Virus record (IMG/VR): IMGVR_UViG_3300032401_000016
Coordinates: 1-52,910 of that record
Strand: one strand, 5' to 3'
From: a virus
Lineage: Duplodnaviria > Caudoviricetes
DNA length: 52,910 nt
In this document: positions 23,160-33,558 of the stretch, one piece after another
How the letters are laid out: each line of letters starts with the position of its first letter
Position numbering within the stretch: position 1 is the stretch's first letter
Notes under the pieces: generated by a model
Seen by the model: the letters and a program-made list of their open reading frames with translations, nothing else
What the model was told of the DNA's origin: nothing
Database searches by the model: none
Translations under genes and position numbers: made by a program

Positions 23160-24440
23160 CTAGACGCCCGCGCCCATGAGGGTGCGATATGGGGTCACGG
23201 CCGCCCCGGCCGGTGAGTACTGGATGAAGATGACGCGTCGGTACGGCGGGTAGGCCGCCTCGGACGCGCAGTCGTCTACAGCGACAGTGATGGAGTTGTT
23301 GGTGGCGGTCTTGGTAGTCACCGACCAGGTGTGGATATGGGCAGGAAGAGAGGCCGCAGCCCCAGTGCCGGTCCTTCGACTGATGGTCCCCGAGCCACCC
23401 AGGTCCGTCCCCACCCCACCGTGGTCGTGGCCGTCCTGAGTAGGCGCGCATCCGGTGGTCGTGTGGCTATGGGCTTGGGAACCACCATTTACTCCTACCT
23501 CGGTGTCGTTCGCGCATCCCTTGAGGAAGTAGCCGTCCATCGCGGTGTAGCGGGACCAGTCGGCGGGGATTGCTGAGTTTAGGCCGCCCCACATACAGAT
23601 GATGTTGGTCGGAAAGTCCGCGCCCGCGTTGTTGTTCTTGATGATGTTGAGCTTCTTCCAGAGGGGCTCTTGGTTCGTGGCGTTGATGGTGACCGTATAC
23701 GACTGGTTCGTAGCGACAGCGGCTGCCCCAATCTGGACCGAGTGCGTGTGGCTCGTCGTGTTGAGCGTGATTGCACTGCCGCCCGTGGTCGCTACGTTCG
23801 CGGTTCCAACCTCGGTATATGAGGTAGTGTTCGTGTGGCTGTGTGAGTTCTGGGTGTGGGTGTGGCCCGGCTCTGTGTGGATGTGGGTAACCGCTCCCCC
23901 AGTACCTGAGCCTCCTGCACCCGCCGCTGCCCCAAGTAGGTAGTTGTCCTGCTCGACCCGCGCCCAGTTGGTAGGGAAGGTGTCGGACACGAAGAACGCA
24001 TACGCCCCGGCCGGAATCCCAGTGGCTGCTCCACCAGACTTGATGAAGATTACCTTGCGGTATGGAGGATGGTTGTCGGTGCTGTTGTTCACCGTCATCG
24101 TCGAGGCGATGTTGGTAGCGATGGCTGTAGCCGAAGACTTGATGTCGTGGGTGTGGGTTTCCGAAGCAACCAGAGACCCAGTGGCTCGGACTGCCTGAGT
24201 GAGGTCGGGACCGGAGGTCGTCTGGAAGTTGTGGAAGTGCGAGTTCTGGATGGGGGTATGGGCTGGCGAGGTGTGGTTGTGGCTCGCATTTCCCCGAGAG
24301 GTACTGAGGTCCCCGTCGAGCCCGCCCGGCGCGCCCTGGACATAGCACGAATCCAGGTTGGATTCCCGCGACCAGCCCGCCGGAATCAAGGCAACCGTAT
24401 CAGGCCAGCAGCAGATGACGTCAGTTGCTACAGTCGGCAC
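23160..24440 (-). CDS. Tail fibre protein with three tandem tail-collar-like repeats and HxH motifs
   Basis: IPAGW/FPTNW/IPADW...GA/GC...HxH...PPY/EPLW repeated three times. Confidence 0.75.
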   Translation of the reverse strand: MPTVATDVICCWPDTVALIPAGWSRESNLDSCYVQGAPGGLDGDLSTSRGNASHNHTSPAHTPIQNSHFHNFQTTSGPDLTQAVRATGSLVASETHTHDIKSSATAIATNIASTMTVNNSTDNHPPYRKVIFIKSGGAATGIPAGAYAFFVSDTFPTNWARVEQDNYLLGAAAGAGGSGTGGAVTHIHTEPGHTHTQNSHSHTNTTSYTEVGTANVATTGGSAITLNTTSHTHSVQIGAAAVATNQSYTVTINATNQEPLWKKLNIIKNNNAGADFPTNIICMWGGLNSAIPADWSRYTAMDGYFLKGCANDTEVGVNGGSQAHSHTTTGCAPTQDGHDHGGVGTDLGGSGTISRRTGTGAAASLPAHIHTWSVTTKTATNNSITVAVDDCASEAAYPPYRRVIFIQYSPAGAAVTPYRTLMGAGV

Positions 24441-24663
24441 CGATGCGTCCCCGTAGGTAGTCCTGAAGTTCCGTGAGCGACTGAGTGAGTTCTTTCACAA
24501 GCTCACGCATGTTCGATCCCCACGAATAGCTTCTGGTTTCCGGAAGAATCGCGAACTTCGTTGTGCTACGCATCGGCTCAAGCTGCCGTACGCAGACGTA
24601 CGCGTCGGTGACGTTCTGAAAGACCTGGGTCTTGCCGTCGTCGTGCTCGATCGTGATTTTCAT
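24421..24663 (-). CDS. Hypothetical protein
   Basis: ATGA-coupled, 80 aa. Confidence 0.55.
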   Translation of the reverse strand: MKITIEHDDGKTQVFQNVTDAYVCVRQLEPMRSTTKFAILPETRSYSWGSNMRELVKELTQSLTELQDYLRGRIGADCSN

Positions 24664-24872
24664 AGGGACTGTACGGCCGCGTTTACGTCATCGAGCGCGG
24701 TCTTCACGTTGGCGATCTGCGTGTTGAACGCGGCCTTCGCGGCCGTGAGGCCGGCGGCCGAGAGCCACGACTTATGGTCGAGGATCGGATCGGAAATATC
24801 GCGAAGGGCGACGAGGAGGCTGATCTGCTGATTGTAGTACTGGAGCCACGTCATACCAACCGGAAGGGCCAT
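24660..24872 (-). CDS. Hypothetical helical protein
   Basis: 70 aa in the tail module; GAGG RBS. Confidence 0.65.
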   Translation of the reverse strand: MALPVGMTWLQYYNQQISLLVALRDISDPILDHKSWLSAAGLTAAKAAFNTQIANVKTALDDVNAAVQSL

Positions 24873-24875
24873 GTG

Positions 24876-25271
24876 TTAGACCTCGATGTAGGTGATGGAA
24901 CCGCTGATCTGGCACGCCGTACCGAGCGTGACGTAGAAGTTGGTGTTCGTGGCGGCGGTCTCCATCCACCCCTTGGGGTTGTAGGGGAGGACGATACCGC
25001 CCCCGGCCTTGATGGTGGCCGCGCCGGCCAGGACAGTGCCGCCGGTGTTGCTGCTGAGGGCGACCGTCGCGTCGGCGGCGACCGTGAACCACATCGCGAG
25101 GATTCGGAGCTTCTTGTTGGCGACCGCGGCGAGTAGCTCCCCGGTCGTGGCCCTGTTGATCGCCGCGAACTTCGGGACGAGGGCTGTGAGGTCGTTCATC
25201 ACGGCGTCGGTGACGTCGGCGGCCGCGATGCTCTGGGTGATGCGGGTGGAGAGCGGCGTGTAGGTAGCCAT
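24876..25271 (-). CDS. Putative virion structural protein
   Basis: TAATG coupling; Thr/Ala-rich beta protein. Confidence 0.7.
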   Translation of the reverse strand: MATYTPLSTRITQSIAAADVTDAVMNDLTALVPKFAAINRATTGELLAAVANKKLRILAMWFTVAADATVALSSNTGGTVLAGAATIKAGGGIVLPYNPKGWMETAATNTNFYVTLGTACQISGSITYIEV

Positions 25272-26776
25272 TACGCTCCTTCGACGACAACCATGAGGTC
25301 ACGAGGCGCGGTTCCGGTCTCGATGGAGTCGACGTCGATAGTAAGCACGTCTCCGGCCGCTACCGACCGCTTGTCGGAATCGGGAAGCGACTGAACCTGC
25401 TTCGTGACCGTGTAGGCGATCGAGGGCTTGCCGGTAGTCGCGTAGATGGTGCTTCCGTTCTTGTTGATGTCCACCACGGTCGATCCGCCGGTCCCGGGAG
25501 TAGTCCGAGTGAGCCACACGGCCGTGATCGTGAACGCGGTCGGAGCTACGAAGCTGCCGTCCACGCTCACCTCACTGGCCCGGTACGGCCCGTTCGCGTT
25601 CCACGTGTAGAGTACTCGTGTCGGGAGCCCCGATGGTGGTGTCCACTGGAGCGTTCCGGGCGTCGCCGTATGCTGGAGCACCGAGAGCGCGGCGCCCTGG
25701 GCCGCCGGCAGCAGCAGCGCGTAGTCCGTGACGGAGCTCGGAGGGCTGATCTTGATGCTCTGGCCCGCCCCGTTCTGGAGGTCGAGCAGCGTCCGGCCGT
25801 TCGACGCGTTGTTCTTAATGACGAGACCGGTAATCGCCTGTCCATCGGTCCCGCGGCCGCCTGGGAGCTGGAGCTGGCCCCAGTCCCATTGGACGAACTC
25901 GGTACCACTGGCATTAAACGTACCGGACCCGACTACGATGATGATCCGAATGCGGAGGTCAAGAAACACCCCACCGGTGGCTACAATGGAGCCCGCTTCG
26001 GCCGGCAGCACGTTGTACGTAAATTGCTGAAACGCGGTGGTAAGCGACGCCTTGGGTACCGACGTGGAGCACACATTCAACGCGCTTCCCTGCTTCAGCA
26101 CCAGTTGGACTGCAAAATCCGCGGCCCCCGGGTTCACGTGCCGGAGCCCGAACGCGAGCACGAACCCGGTGTCTGTTCCTGGGTCCACGATGTCCGCGAT
26201 CGACATCTCCAAATAGTAGGTTCCGGGCGACATCGTGCCGCCGTTCGTCTGTAGCCACGAAGTGTCGCCCACGCCGGGCCACGAGTCCTCGTTGATCTGG
26301 TCTTCCGCGTTTCCTCCGAACGGGTTCGTCCACGGCTTCGTCGGGTCATTCGCGATATACGCGTCGGGCTTCGACTTGACGGTTACTTCCGGCGGTACAA
26401 CAACATGGAGGCGCGCGAGTGGTGTCGTGGTCCCGAGCCCGAGCCGCTGCTGCACGTCGTCGAACGCGCACAGGTCCGGGGTCCCGAGATAGATTTTTCC
26501 TAGCACCGGGTGGATCGTGGACCGGAGCTTCAGGAAACCGCTCGCGTTCTTCGACCCGTGAGCAACCTGGCCGCCTTCGCGTCCGAGGAGCACGAAGTAG
26601 TCCCCAAACGGGCCCGCAACGGGCTCGCCCGCGGAGTTCGACTGGAGGCCTCGGTCGTGTAGCTTGATCGCGGCCCCGATCTCCCGGAGGAACGGGTTCA
26701 GCTTCGTCTCGATCTCGCGAACCATCTGGATCGGCTCGTACTTCCTCGAGAACCGGAGCTTCGGCGGAGTCCTCAT
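25271..26776 (-). CDS. Tail fibre/spike-like protein
   Basis: RLGLGTTTPLARLHV fibre motif; C-terminal TVVDINKNGSTIY...AAGDVLTIDVD domain. Confidence 0.7.
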   Translation of the reverse strand: MRTPPKLRFSRKYEPIQMVREIETKLNPFLREIGAAIKLHDRGLQSNSAGEPVAGPFGDYFVLLGREGGQVAHGSKNASGFLKLRSTIHPVLGKIYLGTPDLCAFDDVQQRLGLGTTTPLARLHVVVPPEVTVKSKPDAYIANDPTKPWTNPFGGNAEDQINEDSWPGVGDTSWLQTNGGTMSPGTYYLEMSIADIVDPGTDTGFVLAFGLRHVNPGAADFAVQLVLKQGSALNVCSTSVPKASLTTAFQQFTYNVLPAEAGSIVATGGVFLDLRIRIIIVVGSGTFNASGTEFVQWDWGQLQLPGGRGTDGQAITGLVIKNNASNGRTLLDLQNGAGQSIKISPPSSVTDYALLLPAAQGAALSVLQHTATPGTLQWTPPSGLPTRVLYTWNANGPYRASEVSVDGSFVAPTAFTITAVWLTRTTPGTGGSTVVDINKNGSTIYATTGKPSIAYTVTKQVQSLPDSDKRSVAAGDVLTIDVDSIETGTAPRDLMVVVEGA

Positions 26777-29586
26777 TAGCGGTTGCTCTGCTCCTTTCCG
26801 TGGGACACGACGTCGAGCCCGATGTAGTGGACCGAGAGGTCGGCCACGACGGTCGGGAGCTTCACGATCTTGACCTCGTGGGCCTCGGCCTGCGCGTCGA
26901 GGTGGGTGCGGATCAGGCCGCCCACGAGTGTGTCGGCCACGAGCGTCACGCGGTCCCCGATCGCCTCGCCGACGTTCTGTCCCCGGACCGTGAGTTCGAT
27001 CGCCCCGGTGCTGAACGTGAGCGTGACGCCGGTTCCGGCGGCGATCGCTGCGAGTGAAATCGTGATGCTGCTCGAGCTTGCCTTCGCCGAGACCTTCGTT
27101 CCGGGCTGGATTCCGGCCCCGCTGATCTTCATTCCGACCGTGACGTTCGTGAACGTGGCGCTCGAGGTGACGGTGGTGGGGGTCGAGAGGGTGGTGTTTC
27201 CGGCCGCGGTGAACGCGGTTCCGGCCGCGCTCGTGCGCGCGTACACCCGGTGGATTCGGGCCTTCGACCCGAGGTCCGCGATGTACTGGAGCCGGGTCCG
27301 GAGGACCGGAGAGATCGTCCCGCCGGCCTCGGGAACGAGCCCGGAGTTCTCAACGTACACGACCCCGTCGCTCGAGTGGCCGGTCAGGAGGTACGGGACC
27401 CCGTTGATCTCGGCCTGCGCGGTGCTGCGGGCCGCGACGTTGAGCGGGCCCATTGCGGGGAGCTGGCCCCCGGACTTCACGTGGAGCCGGTTGTAGCTGA
27501 ACTGGAGCGCCTTCGTGTTCGCGGTACCGCCGTACGGGGTGTAGTAGAGCACGAGCGCCTGGTTCTGGACATCGTTGCGGAGCACCGCGCTGCTGAGCGC
27601 CGAGACCTTCACGGTGGCGGCCCAGTCGAGGTCGATGTTGAGAGGCTGGTCCGTCATTCCGTCGGTCGCGCGGAGCCCGGTTTGCGACGCGTACGCGAGC
27701 ATCGGGCCCTGGCCCATGTCGAAGATGCACGCGGCGTTCTTGCCCGGGATTCCCGAGACGGTGCTGATGTCCTCGAAGCACCGCGAGCGGTCGAAGTCCG
27801 CGTCGGTCTGGCGCGGGAGGTAGTTGAGCCGTACGATCGACGAGACCATTCCGACCACCATCAGGTTCCCAACCCGTCGGATGCACGTCACGCGGTTGAG
27901 CTTCTTCGACTGGAACGCGATGACGTATGGGGGAGGGAAACTCTCGGGCTTATCGGGGACCGAGTAGCGGATCGCATGGGGCTTGAGCGGGTCGTTCAGT
28001 ACGATCTGGCCGTCGAGCACGTCGCCGGTATCGGCGTTTGGCGGAGGGAAGTCCGCGCCGTATGAGGTCGTGACCCCGATTTCGCTCTCGAGCGTGATGT
28101 ACCGGAACGGGCGGTTCAGGGTTTTGTCGATGATCGCCCCACTCGAGAAGACGCGCACTCCAACCGCGTCGATTCTGAGGGTGTCGTTGTGGGCGGTCCC
28201 GATTTTCCCGATGATCGCCCCGAACTCGGCAGAACCGTCGTCCACGAAGTCGGCCGCGACCCACGCCTTACCCCACGCGTCTCCGGGGCCGCCGACCGTT
28301 ACCCATCCGGCGTAGATGTCGTTCCCGTAACGCGTGACGTTCTCGGACGCGTTGAAGCGGAATTCGCGCCGGGGCGATGTGTACTCGGTCGCGGAGCTTC
28401 CAAGCTCAGCGTTCTTCGATAGCGAGACCCACGCGCCGGCTACGCTACTGTTTCCGTCGTTTGTCCACTGTCCGAAGACCGTGACTTCGATCCCGGTAAT
28501 GGTGCCGGTGATCGCTGGGATCGCGAACTTCTGAAGGACGTTTGCCGCGAGATCATTAGAAGAGGTGGCGTACGTCCCGTTGCGCCTCCCGAGCATGTTG
28601 GTGGGGCTCGTAAACTGCGTGTACACTCCCGACCACGCAACAACGGCGCTGGCAAATCCAGTAGCCCCGGTCGCACCCCACCCGAACGTGCCGTTCGCGG
28701 CCCCGAGTTGGAAGGTTGTTGGGACGTCCGCGAGCGCAGTTCCCTGGCCCCCGACCGTGGCGACGAGCGAGAACTCAGCGAGGGCCGGAACCGTTGCGGC
28801 GTCGGCCGCGCGGTTCGACATGTAGATGCGCCACGCGTTCGCGGTGTTCTTTCCGTCGGTCCCATCGTTGATGAGGGGCGCGTGTCGAGTCACGATCACG
28901 CTCTGGGTCGCGTAGCTCGTGATCGTGACGTACTGGAGGTACGGCTTCCCGTTCTTGTCGTATGGGATGAAGGTGCTCTCAACCTCGTCGGCCTGACCCG
29001 GGTTGTAGACCTCGGTAACGAGGAACCAGTAGACTCCATCGCCGAGCAGGAGCGGCCACGATCCGGCCATCGTCGCCACCGAGAACGGAGTTGTGCTGCC
29101 GCTCGCGCCCGGGTCGACCGGCTCCATCCCCATCGCGCGCGTTACGAGGACGGGCGGGTTACCGTCGGTCGGCGCGTTGTAGGCTACCCTTCGGGGCCTG
29201 TTCTGGGCCCCGAGCAGCAGGTAGTTGGCGCCCTGAAACTGGATTGTGTCCATCTGGTCGTTGGTGCCGGCCACGAGCGTGAGGCCCATGCCGGTGAACG
29301 TGCCGGTCACGGCCGAGAACGGGGACGAGAAGAGCTTCGTGCCGACCGGTCCACCCCACGCGATGAGCTGGTCGCCGGCCTCGTCGAACGCGAGGTGCGC
29401 GAGCCCCTTCACGGGGTATGAGGCCTCGACGGTCCCGTACGCCAGCCTTCCCGGGAGCCTGTGGACCGCGGCACTGTACGGCTTCAAAATCAGGTCGTCG
29501 GCCTGCTGTAGCTCGCCATCCGCGAGCAGAGTCGCGTCGCGCGCCGTTACGAGACCGCTGTTGAGGGGCTCCTTCGTCATCGCCAT
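26776..29586 (-). CDS. Tail nozzle/stabilisation protein (P22 gp10-like)
   Basis: About 936 aa, beta-propeller-like; N-terminal SGLVT..D; IRYS..DKPESFP; follows the adaptor gene. Confidence 0.7.
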   Translation of the reverse strand: MAMTKEPLNSGLVTARDATLLADGELQQADDLILKPYSAAVHRLPGRLAYGTVEASYPVKGLAHLAFDEAGDQLIAWGGPVGTKLFSSPFSAVTGTFTGMGLTLVAGTNDQMDTIQFQGANYLLLGAQNRPRRVAYNAPTDGNPPVLVTRAMGMEPVDPGASGSTTPFSVATMAGSWPLLLGDGVYWFLVTEVYNPGQADEVESTFIPYDKNGKPYLQYVTITSYATQSVIVTRHAPLINDGTDGKNTANAWRIYMSNRAADAATVPALAEFSLVATVGGQGTALADVPTTFQLGAANGTFGWGATGATGFASAVVAWSGVYTQFTSPTNMLGRRNGTYATSSNDLAANVLQKFAIPAITGTITGIEVTVFGQWTNDGNSSVAGAWVSLSKNAELGSSATEYTSPRREFRFNASENVTRYGNDIYAGWVTVGGPGDAWGKAWVAADFVDDGSAEFGAIIGKIGTAHNDTLRIDAVGVRVFSSGAIIDKTLNRPFRYITLESEIGVTTSYGADFPPPNADTGDVLDGQIVLNDPLKPHAIRYSVPDKPESFPPPYVIAFQSKKLNRVTCIRRVGNLMVVGMVSSIVRLNYLPRQTDADFDRSRCFEDISTVSGIPGKNAACIFDMGQGPMLAYASQTGLRATDGMTDQPLNIDLDWAATVKVSALSSAVLRNDVQNQALVLYYTPYGGTANTKALQFSYNRLHVKSGGQLPAMGPLNVAARSTAQAEINGVPYLLTGHSSDGVVYVENSGLVPEAGGTISPVLRTRLQYIADLGSKARIHRVYARTSAAGTAFTAAGNTTLSTPTTVTSSATFTNVTVGMKISGAGIQPGTKVSAKASSSSITISLAAIAAGTGVTLTFSTGAIELTVRGQNVGEAIGDRVTLVADTLVGGLIRTHLDAQAEAHEVKIVKLPTVVADLSVHYIGLDVVSHGKEQSNR

Positions 29587-29587
29587 G

Positions 29588-30523
29588 TTAGATGTCCCAG
29601 TAGGTCCAGATGTCGAAGTCGACGTAGTTCTGCTCGCCGGCCTCCTTCTGCGAGAACAGGCGGACGTCCTCGTCCTCGCTCTCGAGCTCGTCGAACTCGA
29701 CACAGCGCTGGATGCCGGTCTCGACCTCCTTCATAAGGATCGGGAGCCGCTGGTCGTCCTCGGCCTTCACGCGCATCAGCGCTACTCGAGCGTCGTCGAG
29801 GAACACGTACAGGAACGAGTCGGGAATGTCGATGTAGGTGCCGGTCGGGTCCATCCGGCGATAGTACTTCAAGAAGAGCGTGTCACCCTGTCCCGGGACC
29901 GGGTAGAGCTTCATGTGCTTGTGTTGGGCCCCGACGTTGAACGTGTGGACGTTGTAGATCGTGTAGTGGGTCGGGACACCGCCGCGTGACTGGTTCGAGA
30001 CCTTACGGTCGAGCTCGCGCTGGCGGTAGTAAACGAGCGTGCGGGGACTCGTCATGAAGCGCACGGTGTAGGGGCGCTGGAAGTTCGGCGGGAGGTAGTA
30101 GATGTTGGTGCCCGCGATGATCGGGATGTAGGCCGAGAACGTCATGTCGATCCCGGCGGGGGCGGGGGTCGAGGCCGCGGAGAGCGTGAACGACGTGATT
30201 CCGTTCCCGCTCGTCTCGGTCACGGTTGCGACCGTCGTGGCGGCCGGGATTCCGGTGCCAGTTACGGTCTGGCCCACGTTGACCCCGAAGATTGCCCCGG
30301 GGGTCGCGTTCGTGACGGTGAGCCCGTCAGGCGCGATGATGCAGCCCGCGATGACGGTGGGGATCGAGTTGTCCTGGAGAAGGAACGTCCAGTCCTTGAT
30401 CGCGTTCCACTTCGCCATCGTGGACGCGATCGCGTCGCCGGCTGCGAGCACGAGGTTCGGGTCGTCCTGCGCCGCGATGATTCGAGCGACGTAGATCTTC
30501 GCATCCGACAGGAGCATCGACAT
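29588..30523 (-). CDS. Head-tail adaptor protein
   Basis: WTFL...IAGTNIYYLP...GVPTHY...KLYPVP...LKYYR adaptor pattern, with an inserted beta domain also present in the nozzle. Confidence 0.7.
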   Translation of the reverse strand: MSMLLSDAKIYVARIIAAQDDPNLVLAAGDAIASTMAKWNAIKDWTFLLQDNSIPTVIAGCIIAPDGLTVTNATPGAIFGVNVGQTVTGTGIPAATTVATVTETSGNGITSFTLSAASTPAPAGIDMTFSAYIPIIAGTNIYYLPPNFQRPYTVRFMTSPRTLVYYRQRELDRKVSNQSRGGVPTHYTIYNVHTFNVGAQHKHMKLYPVPGQGDTLFLKYYRRMDPTGTYIDIPDSFLYVFLDDARVALMRVKAEDDQRLPILMKEVETGIQRCVEFDELESEDEDVRLFSQKEAGEQNYVDFDIWTYWDI

Positions 30524-30526
30524 CGG

Positions 30527-31081
30527 CTAGACCTCGTACCACGAAACGGTGCCGTCGAGTCCGCACCCCGTGAGGTAGCCGCCCCCGTACGAGCGTACGC
30601 AGAGGCCCTGGCCGGGAGCGAGCGTGATCGGGAACGAGGGGTCGATGACGTCGACGGACGCGGTCGCGTCGAGACCCGCGCCCACGCCGAGCGACGAGAA
30701 CGGGCCCTCGAACACGACGCTGGTGACCGTGAGGCCGGCCTCCGCGTAGCGGACGTCGGTGACGGCGCTAGCCGCCTGTCCGGTCGCGTTCGGCACGGCC
30801 GCGAGCGCGGTCCCGCCGGTGGGGGTCGCGGTCGAGAAGCGCGCGAACACCATGCCACCGCGCGCCGCGCGGCCCGCGACGACCGCGGCCGTGAGGGCCG
30901 CGTGGAGGTGCGTGATGATGCAGCTTTTGGTGGCGGATGTGTTCCTCATCGCCCAGATCGTGAGGTCCGCGGCCCGGTCGCTGGCTGCGTTAGCGCAGAA
31001 GAGGGGCGCCGAGTAGGCGGGGAGGCTTCCGATGTGGCGTCCGAGGACGTCGGACTGGTAGACGGGCAGGCTGTACGGCAT
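30527..31081 (-). CDS. Putative structural/decoration protein
   Basis: TAATG coupling with GGAGG; ends ITLAPGQGL...VSWYEV. Confidence 0.65.
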   Translation of the reverse strand: MPYSLPVYQSDVLGRHIGSLPAYSAPLFCANAASDRAADLTIWAMRNTSATKSCIITHLHAALTAAVVAGRAARGGMVFARFSTATPTGGTALAAVPNATGQAASAVTDVRYAEAGLTVTSVVFEGPFSSLGVGAGLDATASVDVIDPSFPITLAPGQGLCVRSYGGGYLTGCGLDGTVSWYEV

Positions 31082-32337
31082 TAGACCTCCAGGGCTTCCG
31101 CTCGGCGGACCGCCCGAAGTTCCTGGTAGAAGGCGAAGAGGCCGGGGATCGTGGCGGCCGGGCTTCGGTTGGCGCGCACCCACTCGCGCGCGTTCTCGGC
31201 GAGAGTGCGGCGGAGCTCCGCGTTCTCGATGAGGGTCCCGAGCTTCTCCACGAAGTCATCGGGGGTATCGTAAAGGAGCGCGGTCTTGCCGTGCTCGACC
31301 TCGTCGGAGTACGGCGGCAGGTTCGACACGAGCGAGGCCTCGGGGGAGGGCCCGATGCTCGACTCGTACCACTTGATCGCGCTCTTGCAGCGGTTGAACA
31401 CGCTCTTCGCGAGCGGAGAGAGGCTGATGTCGCACTGGAGCCCGTGGCGCTTGATCTTGTAGGCCGAGTAGTCGAGCCAGTCGTGGTACTCAACCTGGCT
31501 GTCCGGGATCACGTCGTGAATCCACGGGAACTTGGTCCCCCAGATTACAAACGTGACCTGCGGGTACCGCTGGGCGATTGTGCGAAGCGCATCGCGAAGC
31601 GGGTACCAGTCCGGCATGTGGGACTGGCCGCCCTGCCACAGGATTCGGACCCTGTCGTCGGTGCGGGGAGCTAGGTTCGGGTACCAGTAGTCGGTTTCGA
31701 CGACCGTGTTAGGGAACACGTATACACGCGGGCACTTGTGAATCTCGCGATAGTACTTCGCAAGCATTTTTGAGGGGACTGTTACACCGTGGCACAGGCG
31801 CGCGATTGCGTGGCACGAGTTCACGACTTTCCGATTTCGTGCGATGTCGAACAAATGGCCCGATTCATCGAACGTTTCTCGGTCGCGCCACACGAGGAAC
31901 TCATCGCCGTTTGGCATTACGGTTGTGATTTCGTCGCCGGACTCCAGCAGCCTGCCGTTCCCGTCGCGCGTCCCTAGCCGCCCGAACGCGGGATTGAACG
32001 GGTGAATGTAGTCGACGTTGTCGTCCAGGTCGTACACAAGTGACGGGGGGTAAATCGCGGAGCCATCCGGCCCCTTGCCGGGCTTCATGTCGCAAATGAT
32101 TTCAGGTACGCCGCCCATTGTGTCTCCGGTGGTCGCGAACAGCAGCGCGATGTCTGCGTTCACAAGGGCCTGGATCGTATTTGCCTGGTGCGCCCCGGAG
32201 TCGAGCCACGTTTCCGCGAGTCCCATAGCCGAAAGCGCCGCAAGCGGCACGTGGACTCTGTAGTAGTTGCACGCGTTGAGTTTCGCGTTCGGATCGAACG
32301 AGAAGACCCCCAGCTTTTCATCCCGAAGCGCGGTCAC
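31081..32337 (-). CDS. Glycosyltransferase, GT-B/GT4-like
   Basis: ACNYYRVHVP, VYDLDD, WQGGQSH..D, FNRCKSAIKWYE, SNLPPYS. Confidence 0.85.
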   Translation of the reverse strand: MTALRDEKLGVFSFDPNAKLNACNYYRVHVPLAALSAMGLAETWLDSGAHQANTIQALVNADIALLFATTGDTMGGVPEIICDMKPGKGPDGSAIYPPSLVYDLDDNVDYIHPFNPAFGRLGTRDGNGRLLESGDEITTVMPNGDEFLVWRDRETFDESGHLFDIARNRKVVNSCHAIARLCHGVTVPSKMLAKYYREIHKCPRVYVFPNTVVETDYWYPNLAPRTDDRVRILWQGGQSHMPDWYPLRDALRTIAQRYPQVTFVIWGTKFPWIHDVIPDSQVEYHDWLDYSAYKIKRHGLQCDISLSPLAKSVFNRCKSAIKWYESSIGPSPEASLVSNLPPYSDEVEHGKTALLYDTPDDFVEKLGTLIENAELRRTLAENAREWVRANRSPAATIPGLFAFYQELRAVRRAEALEV

Positions 32338-32350
32338 GCGGTTCCTTTCG

Positions 32351-32692
32351 TTAGAGGACGATCTTGCTGCGGACGTCGTAGTCCTTAAGCGGCCCTGCGA
32401 GGAGCTCGTAGAAGAGCTTCTTGTCCGTGAACGCGTCGGGCATCACCTGTAGGATCGCGGCGCGAACAGACGCTGGGATGCGTGCGACGAGCTGGAATTG
32501 GCGCCCCGGAGTGAACCCGGTCTTGCGGGTGAAGCGCCCAAGTACCGAGATTTCGTGCTGCATGTCCCGATACATCTTCACGCCCTCCGCGATCTCACCG
32601 ATCCTCGGCACGAGCGGAGTAAGAACTTCCGGAGTCACAACAGCCTCCATGAGGTTTTTGTCCGCGAAGCTCAGGACGTGCTTCTGGCCCAT
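32351..32692 (-). CDS. Hypothetical head-module protein
   Basis: TAATG coupling; LVARIP motif. Confidence 0.7.
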   Translation of the reverse strand: MGQKHVLSFADKNLMEAVVTPEVLTPLVPRIGEIAEGVKMYRDMQHEISVLGRFTRKTGFTPGRQFQLVARIPASVRAAILQVMPDAFTDKKLFYELLAGPLKDYDVRSKIVL

Positions 32693-33051
32693 TACTTCTT
32701 CCCTTTCTTCAGTCCCTTGAGGAGCTCGTTGTACATCGAGTCGGCCTTCGCGGCCGCGGTGGGCGAGATTGGGGTGCCCCCAAGGATCGTGCGCTGCGGG
32801 GCCACGGTCGGCTTCGGGCTCGGAACGCTCTTAGGTCCCGGCTTCACCCGGACCGAGTCGGCCACGAACGTCGCGGGCCGCGTCGCGCGAGCGACTACTC
32901 CGCGTCGCATGGTGTCCTCACCGACGGTTTCGGCCATCTGCGGGTCCATCCCGGCCGTGTCGACCGGGTTGTCCTTCCGGACGCGCTCTTGGAGGCGCTT
33001 CGTCGGTACGATTCGGCGTCGAACCCCGACGGTGTCGATCTGCGAGGGCAT
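32692..33051 (-). CDS. Hypothetical basic protein
   Basis: TAATG coupling; ends LKKGKK. Confidence 0.65.
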   Translation of the reverse strand: MPSQIDTVGVRRRIVPTKRLQERVRKDNPVDTAGMDPQMAETVGEDTMRRGVVARATRPATFVADSVRVKPGPKSVPSPKPTVAPQRTILGGTPISPTAAAKADSMYNELLKGLKKGKK

Positions 33052-33230
33052 TACTTCTTCCTCCGGCGGCCGGTAGGCCACCTCGTGTGGGTATTTCCGT
33101 CGGCCGCGAGGCGCTCCGCCTTAACGTCGAGTTTTGTGGGCCGCGGATTCGCGTGGCCGTCGGCGTGGCCTTCGAACGCACGCTCGCGCGCTCGAATTCG
33201 GTTCATCGGTACCGCCCGCTTGGGTGCCAT
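33051..33230 (-). CDS. Hypothetical small basic protein
   Basis: MAPKRAVP...RRRKK; fills the gap exactly. Confidence 0.55.
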   Translation of the reverse strand: MAPKRAVPMNRIRARERAFEGHADGHANPRPTKLDVKAERLAADGNTHTRWPTGRRRKK

Positions 33231-33234
33231 CGGC

Positions 33235-33498
33235 CTACAGCATCGGGCCGGGAGGGGCCTTGCGGGGCGCCTGGTAGTTCTTGCGGGTGTCGGCGCCGGT
33301 GCCGAGCTCGATCGGGCCGCTCTTCGGGGCGCTGCCCTGGTCGCCGTCGTTCGGGCCTCCCTCCGAAATCGAGAACTCGCCGCCGGACTGTACCGGTGCG
33401 AGCGCCGGACCCATGTCGGGGGCCTGCCGCACGTTGCCGTGCTTGATTCCCTGTTCATCGTTCGAGGTCTGGAACCCCTGTCGTGGTGCTCGTGCCAT
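33235..33498 (-). CDS. Hypothetical Gly/Pro-rich protein
   Basis: GGAGG RBS after a post-capsid hairpin. Confidence 0.65.
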   Translation of the reverse strand: MARAPRQGFQTSNDEQGIKHGNVRQAPDMGPALAPVQSGGEFSISEGGPNDGDQGSAPKSGPIELGTGADTRKNYQAPRKAPPGPML

Positions 33499-33558
33499 GT
33501 TCGTTCCTCCGTTGGGGGAGGAGGGGGCCGTGGCCCCCTCCCGGACGTCCATCACCCG

